NCBI GenBank assembly: GCA_043718025.1
Contig: JAYSWN010000011.1
Coordinates: forward strand, 1 to 16,140
Source of the DNA: Pseudomonadota bacterium
GTDB taxonomy: Bacteria; Bdellovibrionota; FAC87; UBA2466
Length of the DNA stretch: 16,140 nucleotides
Direction of reading: 5' to 3'
Below are positions 15,847-16,140 of this stretch, in pieces. Each line of letters opens with the position of its first letter. Within the stretch, counting starts at the first letter, position 1. The notes beneath the pieces were generated by a model. The model worked only from the letters and a program-made list of their open reading frames with translations, did no database searches and was not told where the DNA came from. Position numbers and translations under genes: made by a program.

Positions 15847-16043
15847 ATCCACCTCCTTTAGATTCAGAAACCGAAATGGGAACATTTTGGGAACATCCCA
15901 ATTCGGATGGGAACAATTGAATGACCTTCGCCACTTTCTCCAGACTCGCACTCTTGCGATGAATGTATCGCTCAGTTGTCGTCACGGAGGAATGGGCGAA
16001 GAGTTGCCTCAGATCGTCGCGGCTTGCGCCGTAGGTCTGATAC
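15836..16043 (-). pseudogene. C-terminal fragment of a tyrosine recombinase/integrase
   Basis: GASRDDLRQLFAHSSVTTTERYIH resembles the box II LGH-x7/8-T..Y region with the catalytic Tyr. The upstream HxLR motif is missing and replaced by IS-like sequence. The junction position is approximate. Confidence 0.8.
15877..15916 (+). repeat. Three direct repeats TGGGAACA(T/A), putative integrase arm-type sites
   Basis: Copies at 15877-15885, 15888-15896 and 15908-15916. Confidence 0.65.
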
Positions 16044-16140
16044 CGACGTTGGCCCCAAAAATCGGAGCATTTGAAGCTTCCTAACAACCCGCATAAAATT
16101 GCGGTAAGGGGAGTGGAAAATGAAGAAGTCCAGGTTCACG
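16044..16140 (+). mobile_element. Left end of an IS3-family (IS407-group-like) insertion sequence, truncated by the window edge
   Basis: GGGGAG RBS then ATG 16120 encoding MKKSRFT, the typical OrfA N-terminus. GGCCCCAAAAATCGGAGCA resembles IS3-family inverted repeats. Only 7 codons are visible and the left boundary is approximate. Confidence 0.65.

Noticed and set aside
15836..16087. 83-aa ORF as an intact protein
   Set aside because: It looks chimeric: the N-terminal residues are read from the antisense IS end and fused to an integrase tail.

Overview
A 16.1 kb bacterial chromosomal window. It is rich in exported proteins and lipoproteins and has several sigma54-type promoters, which suggests a Bdellovibrionota/deltaproteobacterial-like organism (inference only). 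Left to right it holds: a GAF/HD-GYP phosphodiesterase, an outer-membrane beta-barrel, an orphan lipoprotein, a trypsin-like serine protease beside a decayed tRNA-fMet remnant, a small hypothetical protein, a di-heme peroxidase with a MauG-type Tyr ligand position, an S41 C-terminal protease, two orphan lipoproteins, a secreted caspase-family protease, a diphthamide-synthase-like PP-loop ATPase, a low-complexity lipoprotein, a type-2 isoleucyl-tRNA synthetase, a small Ala/Lys/His-rich exported protein and tRNA-Arg(UCU). The best finding is absent from the ORF track: a SelW/Rdx-family selenoprotein (CTLU motif, in-frame TGA at 11836-11838) with a SECIS-like hairpin, directly upstream of ileS. 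The right end is an island boundary: tRNA-Arg, then a perfect IHF site, three arm-type repeats and a tyrosine-integrase C-terminus that appears cut by an IS3-family element.
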